A DNA stretch of 32,000 nucleotides, taken from contig NZ_CP080507.1 in the NCBI RefSeq assembly GCF_019464535.1, positions 1,860,001-1,892,000 on the forward strand. The letters run 5' to 3'. Source of the DNA: Horticoccus luteus (GTDB lineage Bacteria; Verrucomicrobiota; Verrucomicrobiia; Opitutales; Opitutaceae). A program made the position numbers and the translations under genes. Shown in pieces: positions 9,025-16,904 of the stretch. How positions within the stretch are numbered: position 1 is the stretch's first letter; each line of letters starts with the position of its first letter. The notes beneath the pieces were generated by a model that had not been told where the DNA came from, ran no database searches, and saw only the letters and a list, made by a program, of their open reading frames with translations.

Positions 9025-10188
9025 TCAGTGATGGTTTTTGAACAGACGCAGAAGTTCGACCGGCAGACTCCAGAAGAGCGACGTCTTGTTGTAGATCACG
9101 GTTTCGTAGGGGATGACCAGGTTGGCGACGACCAAGCCAGCGAGCCAATAGTAGCGGGCGACGGACGAGACATTCAGGCGGTGCAGGGTCACCGCACCGC
9201 AAAGGAGAATGGGCAGCAGGAGATTGGTCGATCGCGACAAATCGGCCGCGAGCAGCGTGACCGCCAACCATCCGGCAAGCGTGGTTCCGGCGCCGACAAC
9301 GACGGAATAACGGCCGCCGCAGTGCCACCAATCATACCCGGCGAGCAAGAGAAGCGGCCAGGCGGCGCGAAAGCCCATCCACCAGCCAAGACGGCCATAC
9401 GGCAGGTAGATCGGCACGATCGCAAGCGCGGACGCAACGAAATGAGCCGAACCGCGATCACCCACGAGCAGGGTGTAGCCGACGCGGGCGAGGACGTAAG
9501 GCAGGATCGCGGCGAGGGCGATTGCGAGTTGGGCGCCGAAGCGCGACGGGCGATCTTGCAGCCACCAACGACAGAAGAGCGCAGCAGCCCAGCCGAGAAG
9601 AAAACGTTCATCCACCCACGGCGCCAGCAGGCCAGGCAGGATGAGAGACGGCCAGCGGCGCCCCGCTGCGACGGCGAGCAGACCAACGAGAAACCACGCG
9701 TCATTGAGCCCAAAGACGCTGGTGATGGACAAGACCGCTCCGGTGGTGGCGAGGAGGATCGTAAGGAGCCCGGCGAACAGACGATCCCCGACCAAGCGTT
9801 CAGCGGCGGCGCACCAATAGGCGAGCAGCGCAATCAACCCGACGTAAGGAATGACGAATGCGCCGTATCCGGTGAGGCCAAGCGCATGAGCGATGAGGGG
9901 CGGCAGGAGACGCCAGCGCATCGCCGGTTCGACATCGGTGGCGAACGGCGCGCCGCATTGGTGAAGAAATGTCAGCGCGCGATCCCACTCGAAGGTGCCG
10001 GGCAGCGGTGTGTCCATCAGCCACAACTTGGGCGAAAAAAAGAACAGGCTGAGACCAAGCGAAACGAGCACGCTCGTGGCGATGAAACGCCAGCGCGACC
10101 AGCGATCGAGCGTGCCGACGACCGTTGCGATTAACGGTGCGAGATGGAGGGAACACTTGGGTGTCGAGGAAACGGTTGCGGAAGACAT
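9025..10188 (-). CDS. Polytopic integral membrane protein, family unassigned
   Basis: 387 aa with ATG verified at 10188..10186 and an in-frame stop 19 codons upstream. By eye there are about 10-12 hydrophobic segments (e.g. FIATSVLVSLGLSLFFF, FVIPYVGLIALLAYWCAAA, LFAGLLTILLATTGAVLSI, LLLPILLCGAVTL). I saw no Wzx, Acyltransferase_3 or MBOAT signature. Confidence 0.7.
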   Translation of the reverse strand: MSSATVSSTPKCSLHLAPLIATVVGTLDRWSRWRFIATSVLVSLGLSLFFFSPKLWLMDTPLPGTFEWDRALTFLHQCGAPFATDVEPAMRWRLLPPLIAHALGLTGYGAFVIPYVGLIALLAYWCAAAERLVGDRLFAGLLTILLATTGAVLSITSVFGLNDAWFLVGLLAVAAGRRWPSLILPGLLAPWVDERFLLGWAAALFCRWWLQDRPSRFGAQLAIALAAILPYVLARVGYTLLVGDRGSAHFVASALAIVPIYLPYGRLGWWMGFRAAWPLLLLAGYDWWHCGGRYSVVVGAGTTLAGWLAVTLLAADLSRSTNLLLPILLCGAVTLHRLNVSSVARYYWLAGLVVANLVIPYETVIYNKTSLFWSLPVELLRLFKNHH

Positions 10189-10337
10189 TTGAAGAGCCGA
10201 ACGGAGGATGGATCGGTTTGAGAACTGCGACGACCTTGTGGCTCCTTATTTGCCGCGAAGCGTGACCGGGCGGGTGCTGCGACGCCACCCGGCGAGCGCG
10301 GGGCGCTCGAAGAGGCGCAGCGCAGCGATGACGAGCT

Positions 10338-12125
10338 TCAAGCCGATTTGGCGAATTGCTTTAGCCATGAGAGTTTTTCCTCGCGGGTTTTCTGGAAAGG
10401 ATTGCGGAAGACGCGGTCGTTGAGGACGAGCAGGTCGATGTCGGTGTTGAGGAAGCAGTCCCAGCCCTCGGTGGCGGTGCGGACGATCGGCTGGCCGGAG
10501 ACGTTGAAGCTGGTGTTGATCAGGATCGGAATGCCGGTCTGCTGTTTGAACGCGGTCAGCAGCCGGTGCATGTCAGGATGGACATCGCGATGGATCGTTT
10601 GCAGGCGCGCGGAATAATCGACGTGGATGACGCTGGGGATTTCGCAGCGCGGGAAATCGAGGCGCTCGCGCAGCGAGGCGAAATGTTCCGGCTGCGGCGT
10701 GCGGCGCGACTCGGCGAGATAGGCCGTGTATTGCATGAAGTCGCTCGGCTCGGCGGTGTCGAACCACTCGGCGCAATGTTCGGCGAGGACGAGGGGCGCG
10801 AATGGACGGAAGGACTCGCGGAATTTCACGGCGAGGTTGAGGCGCGATTGCATGCCGGGCTGGCGGGCGTCGGCGAGGATCGAGCGGGCGCCGAGGGCGC
10901 GGGCGCCGAGTTCCATGCGATCGCGGACCCAGGCGACGATTTTTCCGGCGGCGAGCTGACTCGCGACAAAATCGAAAAGGTCGCCTTCGAAGGGAACCGC
11001 CCACGGCTCGGCTGCGGCGGGAATCGCGCCGGGCTCGCTGCCGAGGTAAAAGCCACGGGCGTCGATGGCGAGCGGCGTGCCGCGGAATTGTTCGCGCGCG
11101 AGAAGCAACGCGGCGCCGAAGCCGCTGCCCATGTCGCCGCCGACGGGGGAATTGAAGACGGAGCGGAAAATTTTCGCGCGCCGGAGCTGGCCGGCGGTGA
11201 CGCAGTTTTGCGCGCAGCCGCCGCAGAAAAGGAGATGGTCCTCGCCGGTTTCGGCGCGGATGAAGCGCGCCATTTTCAAAACCTCGTTTTCGAAAATCTG
11301 CTGGAGCGAGGCGGCGATATCGATGTGGGCGTCGGTGACGGGTTCTTTGGGATCGCGGACGAGAACACCGGTGACTTCGGCGATGCGCGGGAGCGCGGCC
11401 ATCAGCGAATTCCATTGGAAGCGAACGGGAAACCGGAGGCGAAAGCCGCCGTGCTCGTCGGTCGTGAACAGGCGGGAAAGTTTTTCGACGTAAGTCGGCT
11501 GGCCGTAGGGCGCGAGGCCCATGACTTTGTATTCGGAGCCGAAGGAGAGAAATCCGAGGTAGTGGGTGACGAGCGTATAGAACATGCCGAGGCCGTTCTC
11601 GTAGGTTTGCTCGAAGAGAATTTTCAACTCGCCGCGGTCGATCACACCCATGCTCGCGCTGTAATCCTCGCCTTTGCCGTCGACGCAAAGAAACGCGGCG
11701 CGTTGAAACGGCGACGTGTGAAACGCGCCGGCGACATGGGTGAGATGATGCCAGGCGTAGTGGAAACGCGCGTTCGGCAGAAGCGCGCGGGCGGGTTGCG
11801 TGTAGAGGCCGGGCCAGCGTTCGGGCAGCAGGCGGCCGAGCGCGCGGGTGAACGCGTTGCCGGGCAGCGCGGAGAGATTGAAGAGATGGGTCTGCAGCGG
11901 TTTCTCGGCGAAAACGACGTCGGTGACGTCGGCGGGCGCGAGGCCGGCCATCTGGAGGCATTCGTCGATCGCGCGGCGCGGGAAGGAGCCGTCGTGTTTG
12001 ATGCGCGTGTGACGTTCCTCCTGCGACGCGCTGATCAGCCGTCCGTCGACGAGGAGCGCGGCGTTGGCGTCGTGACCGAGGAGGCCGCCGAGGCCGAGGA
12101 TGACTTCGCGTTTTGAAGCGGACAT
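10338..12125 (-). CDS. Carbamoyltransferase (NodU/CmcH/TobZ family)
   Basis: 595 aa with an ATG start. The N-terminus ILGLGGLLGHDANAALLVDGRLISASQEERHTRIKHD and the C-terminal ILINTSFNVSGQPIV are family hallmarks. Size is typical for the family. Confidence 0.9.
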   Translation of the reverse strand: MSASKREVILGLGGLLGHDANAALLVDGRLISASQEERHTRIKHDGSFPRRAIDECLQMAGLAPADVTDVVFAEKPLQTHLFNLSALPGNAFTRALGRLLPERWPGLYTQPARALLPNARFHYAWHHLTHVAGAFHTSPFQRAAFLCVDGKGEDYSASMGVIDRGELKILFEQTYENGLGMFYTLVTHYLGFLSFGSEYKVMGLAPYGQPTYVEKLSRLFTTDEHGGFRLRFPVRFQWNSLMAALPRIAEVTGVLVRDPKEPVTDAHIDIAASLQQIFENEVLKMARFIRAETGEDHLLFCGGCAQNCVTAGQLRRAKIFRSVFNSPVGGDMGSGFGAALLLAREQFRGTPLAIDARGFYLGSEPGAIPAAAEPWAVPFEGDLFDFVASQLAAGKIVAWVRDRMELGARALGARSILADARQPGMQSRLNLAVKFRESFRPFAPLVLAEHCAEWFDTAEPSDFMQYTAYLAESRRTPQPEHFASLRERLDFPRCEIPSVIHVDYSARLQTIHRDVHPDMHRLLTAFKQQTGIPILINTSFNVSGQPIVRTATEGWDCFLNTDIDLLVLNDRVFRNPFQKTREEKLSWLKQFAKSA

Positions 12126-12147
12126 GAAAGAAAAGAGACGCGCGGTT

Positions 12148-13065
12148 TTAAGCGCTGCGCCGGCGGCGGGTGGCTTGGAGGCGCAGCAGCGAATATGCGG
12201 GGACGAAAGGCTTCAGCAGTTTCAACAGCGGATTGCGAGTGGTCGGAGGACGCGCGCCGAGACGGCGGCAAAGCGCGAGGGCGCGTTCGGCGGTCGGACG
12301 GTCGCCGAGGAGCGCGAGCGCGGACGCGGCGTGTTCGGATTCGTGAACGAGAGCCGGAGCGATGTCTCCCGCCCCCGGAGCGAGCGCGTAACGTTCGAGC
12401 GCGTCGACGCGACAACCCCAACTGCGGCGGTGATCGTGGCTGAAGCTGTCCGCATGGCGCAGCGAGATCGTGAGGACTTCGGAGACGTGGTGGAAACGCG
12501 CACCGTTTCGCGCGAGGCGGATGTGGACATCGGCGTCCTCCCACATTTGGAGGGATTCGTCGCAACCGCCGACGGCGGTCCACGCGCTGCGGCGAATGAT
12601 GCTGTTGTTCAGCCCCATGGAATTCCTGAGCAGGTGCGGCAGCGGCGTGCTCGCCAGCGCGGCCGGATCGTAGCGCCAAGGCACCATGAGATTGCGCGCG
12701 ATCTCGTCGACCCAATCGGCGTCGCAACTGACAACATCGTGTTGAGCGTCGCACGCGGGGGCGAGGCGTTCGAGAAACGAAGAGCAGATGAGGTCGTCGG
12801 CGTCGTGGAAGTGAATCCATTCGGTGCGCGCGGCGGCGGCGAGCTGGTTGCGGGCGTGGGCCACACCGGCGTTGGGCTGGCCGGTGATGATTTCGAGGCC
12901 GAGACTGCGGGCGACGGCCACGGTGTCGTCGCGGCTGCCGTCGTCGTAGCAGAGGATGGCGTCGAAGGGACGCGTCAGCCCGCGAACGGACTCCATCAAC
13001 CGCGGGAGGAAACGCGCGGCGTTGTAGCACGGCACGAGCAGGGTGATTTGAGGAGCGGCGGTCAC
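12148..13065 (-). CDS. Glycosyltransferase family 2
   Basis: 305 aa with a GTG start at 13065..13063, 1 nt after the upstream stop. ITLLVPCYNAARFLPRLMESV ... CYDDGSRDDT ... FHDADDLI. Confidence 0.85.
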   Translation of the reverse strand: MTAAPQITLLVPCYNAARFLPRLMESVRGLTRPFDAILCYDDGSRDDTVAVARSLGLEIITGQPNAGVAHARNQLAAAARTEWIHFHDADDLICSSFLERLAPACDAQHDVVSCDADWVDEIARNLMVPWRYDPAALASTPLPHLLRNSMGLNNSIIRRSAWTAVGGCDESLQMWEDADVHIRLARNGARFHHVSEVLTISLRHADSFSHDHRRSWGCRVDALERYALAPGAGDIAPALVHESEHAASALALLGDRPTAERALALCRRLGARPPTTRNPLLKLLKPFVPAYSLLRLQATRRRRSA

Positions 13066-13066
13066 T

Positions 13067-13897
13067 TCACTGCGGCGGTGAGATGTGCGAGGCGGGGCGG
13101 CAGAAAAAACAATCGAGCTCGATCAAGGTGTGCGTTTCCGGCGCGTAGCCGATGGGAAACAGTCCGGCGCGAGCGAAACCGAGGGGAAGCAGGAGCGCGT
13201 TGATTTCCTCGAGCCGCGACGAACCGTCGTAGAGCGGCGCGACCGTCGCTTCGGTGAGGACGGCGAGCGTTTGACGCAACGTATCGGCCGCGCCGGCGAG
13301 AACGTCGGCGTCGTAGCCTTGGGTGTCGGTTTTCAGAAAAATCCGGCGGGCGGGACCGATCTCCCGCTCGGCGAGAATTTCGTCGAGGGTGCGGATCGAA
13401 ATGCGTTCGACGCGTTCGAGGGCGACGAGGTGGCCGAAGTTGTTTTGCGCGGAGGGGTTGACGGTGAGGACGGAGCTGAAGGTGTCGTCGTGATAGACGT
13501 GGAGATCAAGTTCGGCCGCGGTGGCGCCGAGGCCGCAGGGGAAAATTCTCCAGCGACCGTCGCGGGCGGCGAGGTTGGAGAGGTGAGCCTGATGAGCGGC
13601 GAGCGGCTCGAAGGAAAGCATTTCGCCCGTGTAGCCGGCGCGGCGGGCGTCGAGCGCGAACTGGCCGCGATTCGCGCCGACGTCGATGAGCAGATCGATC
13701 GCATGAAGGTGGAGCTGGCTGCGGAGATGACTGAGGCTCGCAAGATGGGCGAGGCGATGATCCCAGCGGAGAAGATCGCGGGGGCTGAGGCGGAGGTCGT
13801 TGTAGGCGTCGAGGAGGGATTGAAGAACGGCGTCGTCGGTCCGGTGGAGGAACTCGTAGCCGAAGCGGCGGGCGAGGAGGCGGAGAAATCTTTTCAC
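13067..13897 (-). CDS. FkbM-family SAM-dependent methyltransferase
   Basis: 276 aa with a GTG start. Motifs: LIDVGANRGQFAL, MLSFEPL, IFLKTDTQGYDADVL. Confidence 0.85.
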   Translation of the reverse strand: MKRFLRLLARRFGYEFLHRTDDAVLQSLLDAYNDLRLSPRDLLRWDHRLAHLASLSHLRSQLHLHAIDLLIDVGANRGQFALDARRAGYTGEMLSFEPLAAHQAHLSNLAARDGRWRIFPCGLGATAAELDLHVYHDDTFSSVLTVNPSAQNNFGHLVALERVERISIRTLDEILAEREIGPARRIFLKTDTQGYDADVLAGAADTLRQTLAVLTEATVAPLYDGSSRLEEINALLLPLGFARAGLFPIGYAPETHTLIELDCFFCRPASHISPPQ

Positions 13898-13916
13898 GCT
13901 GAGCGAATGGTGGCGT

Positions 13917-14852
13917 TCAAGTCATCCGCAGCCAGAAGCTGGAGCTGCGAAGGTCGTCCGGGCCGAGTGCGGCGATGAGCGGCGCGCGTGCGGCGGGCTG
14001 GGTCGCAAGGTCGGCGCAAGGAAGAAGAACCTGCAGGCGATGCGCGCCGCCGAGCAGGTAGGCGGCGAGGAGATATTGTTCGGACCAAAAGCGATTGAGC
14101 AGCGCGGGCGGATAGTCGGCGGGGAGGTAAATGTCGTGGATGTGAACGATCGCACCCGCGGGCAAACGAGGAAGAAGGTTGAGAAAAAAGATCGTCACGT
14201 CGCTGCCCGGAAAGGCGCGGTGACTGCCGTCGAAGAAAACCACGGTGCGCGGGGTGACAAGTTGGAGGAATTCATCGGTCATGTCCTCGAGGCGGCGGCG
14301 GTGGACCTGGTCGCACAGCGCGGAGATGGCGAGGCGCGGCTCGGGATCGATGGAAACGATTTCCATTGGAAAGCCGCCGTTGCGGCGCGCCTGCCAGGCG
14401 ATCCGCGTGGACATGCCGGAGCCGATCTCGAGATAGCGTTCGGGCCGCACGTCGCGCAGCATGCCGTGAAGCGCGACCTGATCGAAGGGCGTGAGAAAAA
14501 GATTCTCGCGCCACGAGAGCGCGGCATTCGCGGGCTCTTCGTGCGCGGGCCAGGCGCGGCAGTCGGCGGCGGTCGCGAGGCAGGAGCTGAGACGGGCGAG
14601 TTGCTCGCCGCGGTTGGCGGAGAGAAGCGCGGCGAGTTCGGGGTGTGGCGGCTGGCCGTGGCCCCAGATGGATTTGGTGTCGAGGGCGGGCGGAAAATCG
14701 ACGCGGAGCAAATCGACGCCGTGACCCGGAATGCCGAGGGCGTCGAGCGCGTGCCAACGAAAGCGTCCGTGCAACAGGCGGCGGGCGACGGCGATTTTGA
14801 AACGCAGCGCGAGACTGGTCGGATAGAAGGAGATTTTTTTGAGGAACGACAT
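13917..14852 (-). CDS. Class I SAM-dependent methyltransferase (Methyltransf_24-like)
   Basis: 311 aa with ATG at 14852..14850. RYLEIGSGMSTRIAW is a motif I-like sequence. VVFFDGSHRAFPGSDV and IVHIHDIYLP are also present. Confidence 0.65.
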   Translation of the reverse strand: MSFLKKISFYPTSLALRFKIAVARRLLHGRFRWHALDALGIPGHGVDLLRVDFPPALDTKSIWGHGQPPHPELAALLSANRGEQLARLSSCLATAADCRAWPAHEEPANAALSWRENLFLTPFDQVALHGMLRDVRPERYLEIGSGMSTRIAWQARRNGGFPMEIVSIDPEPRLAISALCDQVHRRRLEDMTDEFLQLVTPRTVVFFDGSHRAFPGSDVTIFFLNLLPRLPAGAIVHIHDIYLPADYPPALLNRFWSEQYLLAAYLLGGAHRLQVLLPCADLATQPAARAPLIAALGPDDLRSSSFWLRMT

Positions 14853-14864
14853 CGCGGCGACCAG

Positions 14865-15728
14865 TCAGGAGCGGCCGGAATTACCGATGGTGGTGTGATC
14901 GATTTCTCGCACGTTGTAACCGAATGAGCGGATGATCGGATACCAGAATTCCGGAGTGAGCGCGGTCCATTTGTGGCAGCCGAACGGAAGGGTGCAGCCG
15001 AGTTCGCGGTGGAGTCGCGGAGCGTTGACCTCGAAGGAGAACCTTTTTGCCACGTCGCAAGGTGCGACGCGAAACCACGGAAAGCGGCGCGCGGCGAATT
15101 GGCCCCAGAACGCGTCCTCGTTGCCTTCGAAGTCGTTCAGGAGGGCGAAGAAATTATTGCGGTAGGTGAGCCGCGAGAAAAGCAACCAGAAGCTTCCGAG
15201 GGAAATTCGGCCGGCGCGTTTCCAGTCAGCGACAACCGTGGAGGCCGGGATCACATGCCCGAAGGACCGCAGCACGCGAAGCATCGCGTCAGTCCTGCGC
15301 AGGGAGAAACCGGAGTTGCCGACGCCGGTCGGCGATGCCGTTGTGACGCCACTTGTGTTCAGGTCGAACCACGGGGCTCCGATATAGTCCCATCCCTGCG
15401 CGCACCATTCGAGCAATTCGTCGCGAAACACGAAAGCGTCGAGTTCGTAGGTCAGGAGATACTCAAAGTCGGCGTAGCGGCGATAAAGGTAAGGCAGAAT
15501 TTTCAGCCGATTGTAACTGCGGTAGCTGGCGAGCCATTGTGGCGGGATGAAATCATATTGCAGCGCCGGGGTAATCTGGCGGTAGGCGGACACGTCAAGT
15601 CCTTCGGGACAAATCAAGTGGATCGGATGGTGCGCGAGCACGCGGCAGCATTGCTCCAGCGCGATTTTTTCGAAGCCGGTGAGGACGGGCGAATGCGCGA
15701 AAACGAGGACCGCCGCTTTTTTTCGCAT
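14865..15728 (-). CDS. DUF5672-like protein (putative glycan-modifying enzyme)
   Basis: The track ORF 14865..16190 is over-extended into the upstream GT4 gene. The ATG at 15728..15726 lies 2 nt after the upstream stop. MRKKAAVLVFAHSPVLTGFEKIALEQCCRVL ... YLLTYELDAFVF ... DYIGAPW ... VGNSGFSLRR matches my recollection of the DUF5672 family. Assignment is from memory only. Confidence 0.6.
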   Translation of the reverse strand: MRKKAAVLVFAHSPVLTGFEKIALEQCCRVLAHHPIHLICPEGLDVSAYRQITPALQYDFIPPQWLASYRSYNRLKILPYLYRRYADFEYLLTYELDAFVFRDELLEWCAQGWDYIGAPWFDLNTSGVTTASPTGVGNSGFSLRRTDAMLRVLRSFGHVIPASTVVADWKRAGRISLGSFWLLFSRLTYRNNFFALLNDFEGNEDAFWGQFAARRFPWFRVAPCDVAKRFSFEVNAPRLHRELGCTLPFGCHKWTALTPEFWYPIIRSFGYNVREIDHTTIGNSGRS

Positions 15729-15730
15729 CT

Positions 15731-16885
15731 TCAGGTGTCGCTGACGAAAATCTCGACGAGCCGGCTGGCAAGTTCGCGGCAGGGATCTGCGGGCATACGC
15801 GACCGAATTGTCCGGGCGGCGGCGTCGCCCATTTTCTTCAATTCCGCGCGTCGCACCCAAGCGCGCTCTAAGGCCTCGTCGAGCGCGGTCGCGGTCGGTG
15901 CGGCGGCGAGAAAACCCGTGACGCCGTCTTCGACGATTTCTGCACTGGCGCAGGTGGCGGTGACGAGATTGGCGCGGCCGAGCATCATGGCCTCGATTAC
16001 GGATAGCGGCATCCCCTCGTAGCGCGAGGGCAGCACGCCCAGGTGGTGGTTTTCCCAGAGCGCCGGAATATCGGTGGTTTGGCCGGCGAATACGGACCGA
16101 TCGATGCGAAGATAGTGCGCGGCATTTTGCAGAGTTCTGCGGTGCGGGCCTTCGCCGTAAAAGGTGACGGTGACAGGGCGCGCCCGCCATTTATCGAGAG
16201 CCAAAGTGCGAAGGATCAGGTCCTGGCCCTTTGCGTGGACGTCAAGCCGCGCAACACAACCGAGACTCAACCCCGCTGCCTGGGGGAAAGTCGGCGACGT
16301 TTCTCCGGATCTGAACGCGGCGGGCAGGCTCGCAGGATTCCAGATCACCTCGGCATTCGTCAATTCGCGGCCGAGGAATTGTTGAACGTCCTCGCGGTTA
16401 TGGTGCGAGACGAAGAAAACGCGACGGGCGTTCAGCAGGAATTTTTCGATGCCCGCGAGGGCACCATCGTGCGGCCAAATTTCGGGCGCAGCAGCCTGGA
16501 TGATGACGGCGTAGGGAATCCGGTTGTCGGAAAGGTTGGCCAGTTCGGAGAAATCGTCGAGGAGGCTGCCACACGAAACGATCACTTTGGGTTCTTCGAA
16601 GGTGCCGAGCCAACCACGCAGGCGGTGATTGAGTTTGTGCGCGTAGAGCCGGGGTGCCGTGCGGCGCAAAAGACGCAGCGAAAGCGACCGGGAAGTCAAT
16701 TCGAACGTGGTGGCCACTCCGAGGCGGGCCAGATCGGTCATCGCGGGCGTCGGGCGGGTGGCGGCCGCGGTATGCGTGGCGACCCGCAGACCGCGGGAAC
16801 AGAGGTGCTTCGCCGCGCCGTGCCAGAGAGTTTCACTGCCGCCCCAAGAAACCATCCGCATAGTCGAGATGAACACGAAACTCAC
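15731..16885 (-). CDS. Glycosyltransferase family 4 (GT-B)
   Basis: VLPSRYEGMPLSVIEAMMLGRANLV contains an E-x7-E motif. The track start at 16984 overlaps the upstream GT9 gene by 80 nt. The GTG at 16885..16883, 19 nt after the GT9 stop, gives (M)SFVFISTMRMVSWGGSETLW, a typical GT4 N-terminus. An ATG at 16861 is the alternative. Confidence 0.8.
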   Translation of the reverse strand: MSFVFISTMRMVSWGGSETLWHGAAKHLCSRGLRVATHTAAATRPTPAMTDLARLGVATTFELTSRSLSLRLLRRTAPRLYAHKLNHRLRGWLGTFEEPKVIVSCGSLLDDFSELANLSDNRIPYAVIIQAAAPEIWPHDGALAGIEKFLLNARRVFFVSHHNREDVQQFLGRELTNAEVIWNPASLPAAFRSGETSPTFPQAAGLSLGCVARLDVHAKGQDLILRTLALDKWRARPVTVTFYGEGPHRRTLQNAAHYLRIDRSVFAGQTTDIPALWENHHLGVLPSRYEGMPLSVIEAMMLGRANLVTATCASAEIVEDGVTGFLAAAPTATALDEALERAWVRRAELKKMGDAAARTIRSRMPADPCRELASRLVEIFVSDT

Positions 16886-16904
16886 GGGAGATTGTTTGTT
16901 TCGA

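Noticed and set aside
10566-12116. Very long antisense ORFs, for example 10566..12116 (+) 516 aa. Similar cases are 4129..5184 (+), 8845..10134 (+), 14973..16022 (+), 22116..23258 (+), 10573..11961 (-) and 12035..13030 (-).
   Set aside because: Their products are Arg/Gly/Ala/Pro-rich low-complexity strings with no motifs. Each lies opposite or out of frame to an ORF with clear family signatures. Stop-poor alternative frames are expected at about 70% GC.
14834-15723. A7 homopolymer tracts within the first 8 codons of two adjacent genes, as possible slipped-strand phase-variation switches. These are MSFLKKI at 14834-14840 and MRKKAAV at 15717-15723.
   Set aside because: Equivalent A7/T7 tracts occur inside the essential dxs gene (about 27691-27697, SKKT) and in the membrane protein gene (10035-10041). 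So 7-mers are not special here, and 7 nt is short for efficient phase variation.
14865-16190. N-terminally extended ORF-track versions of real genes: 2409..3491, 14865..16190, 18762..20591, 20911..22086, 22026..23999, 24090..25472, 26686..28752 and 28885..30243.
   Set aside because: The extensions are Arg/Pro-rich and overlap the upstream gene. Internal ATGs coincide exactly with upstream stop codons (ATGA) or give canonical family N-termini. Trimmed coordinates were used instead.
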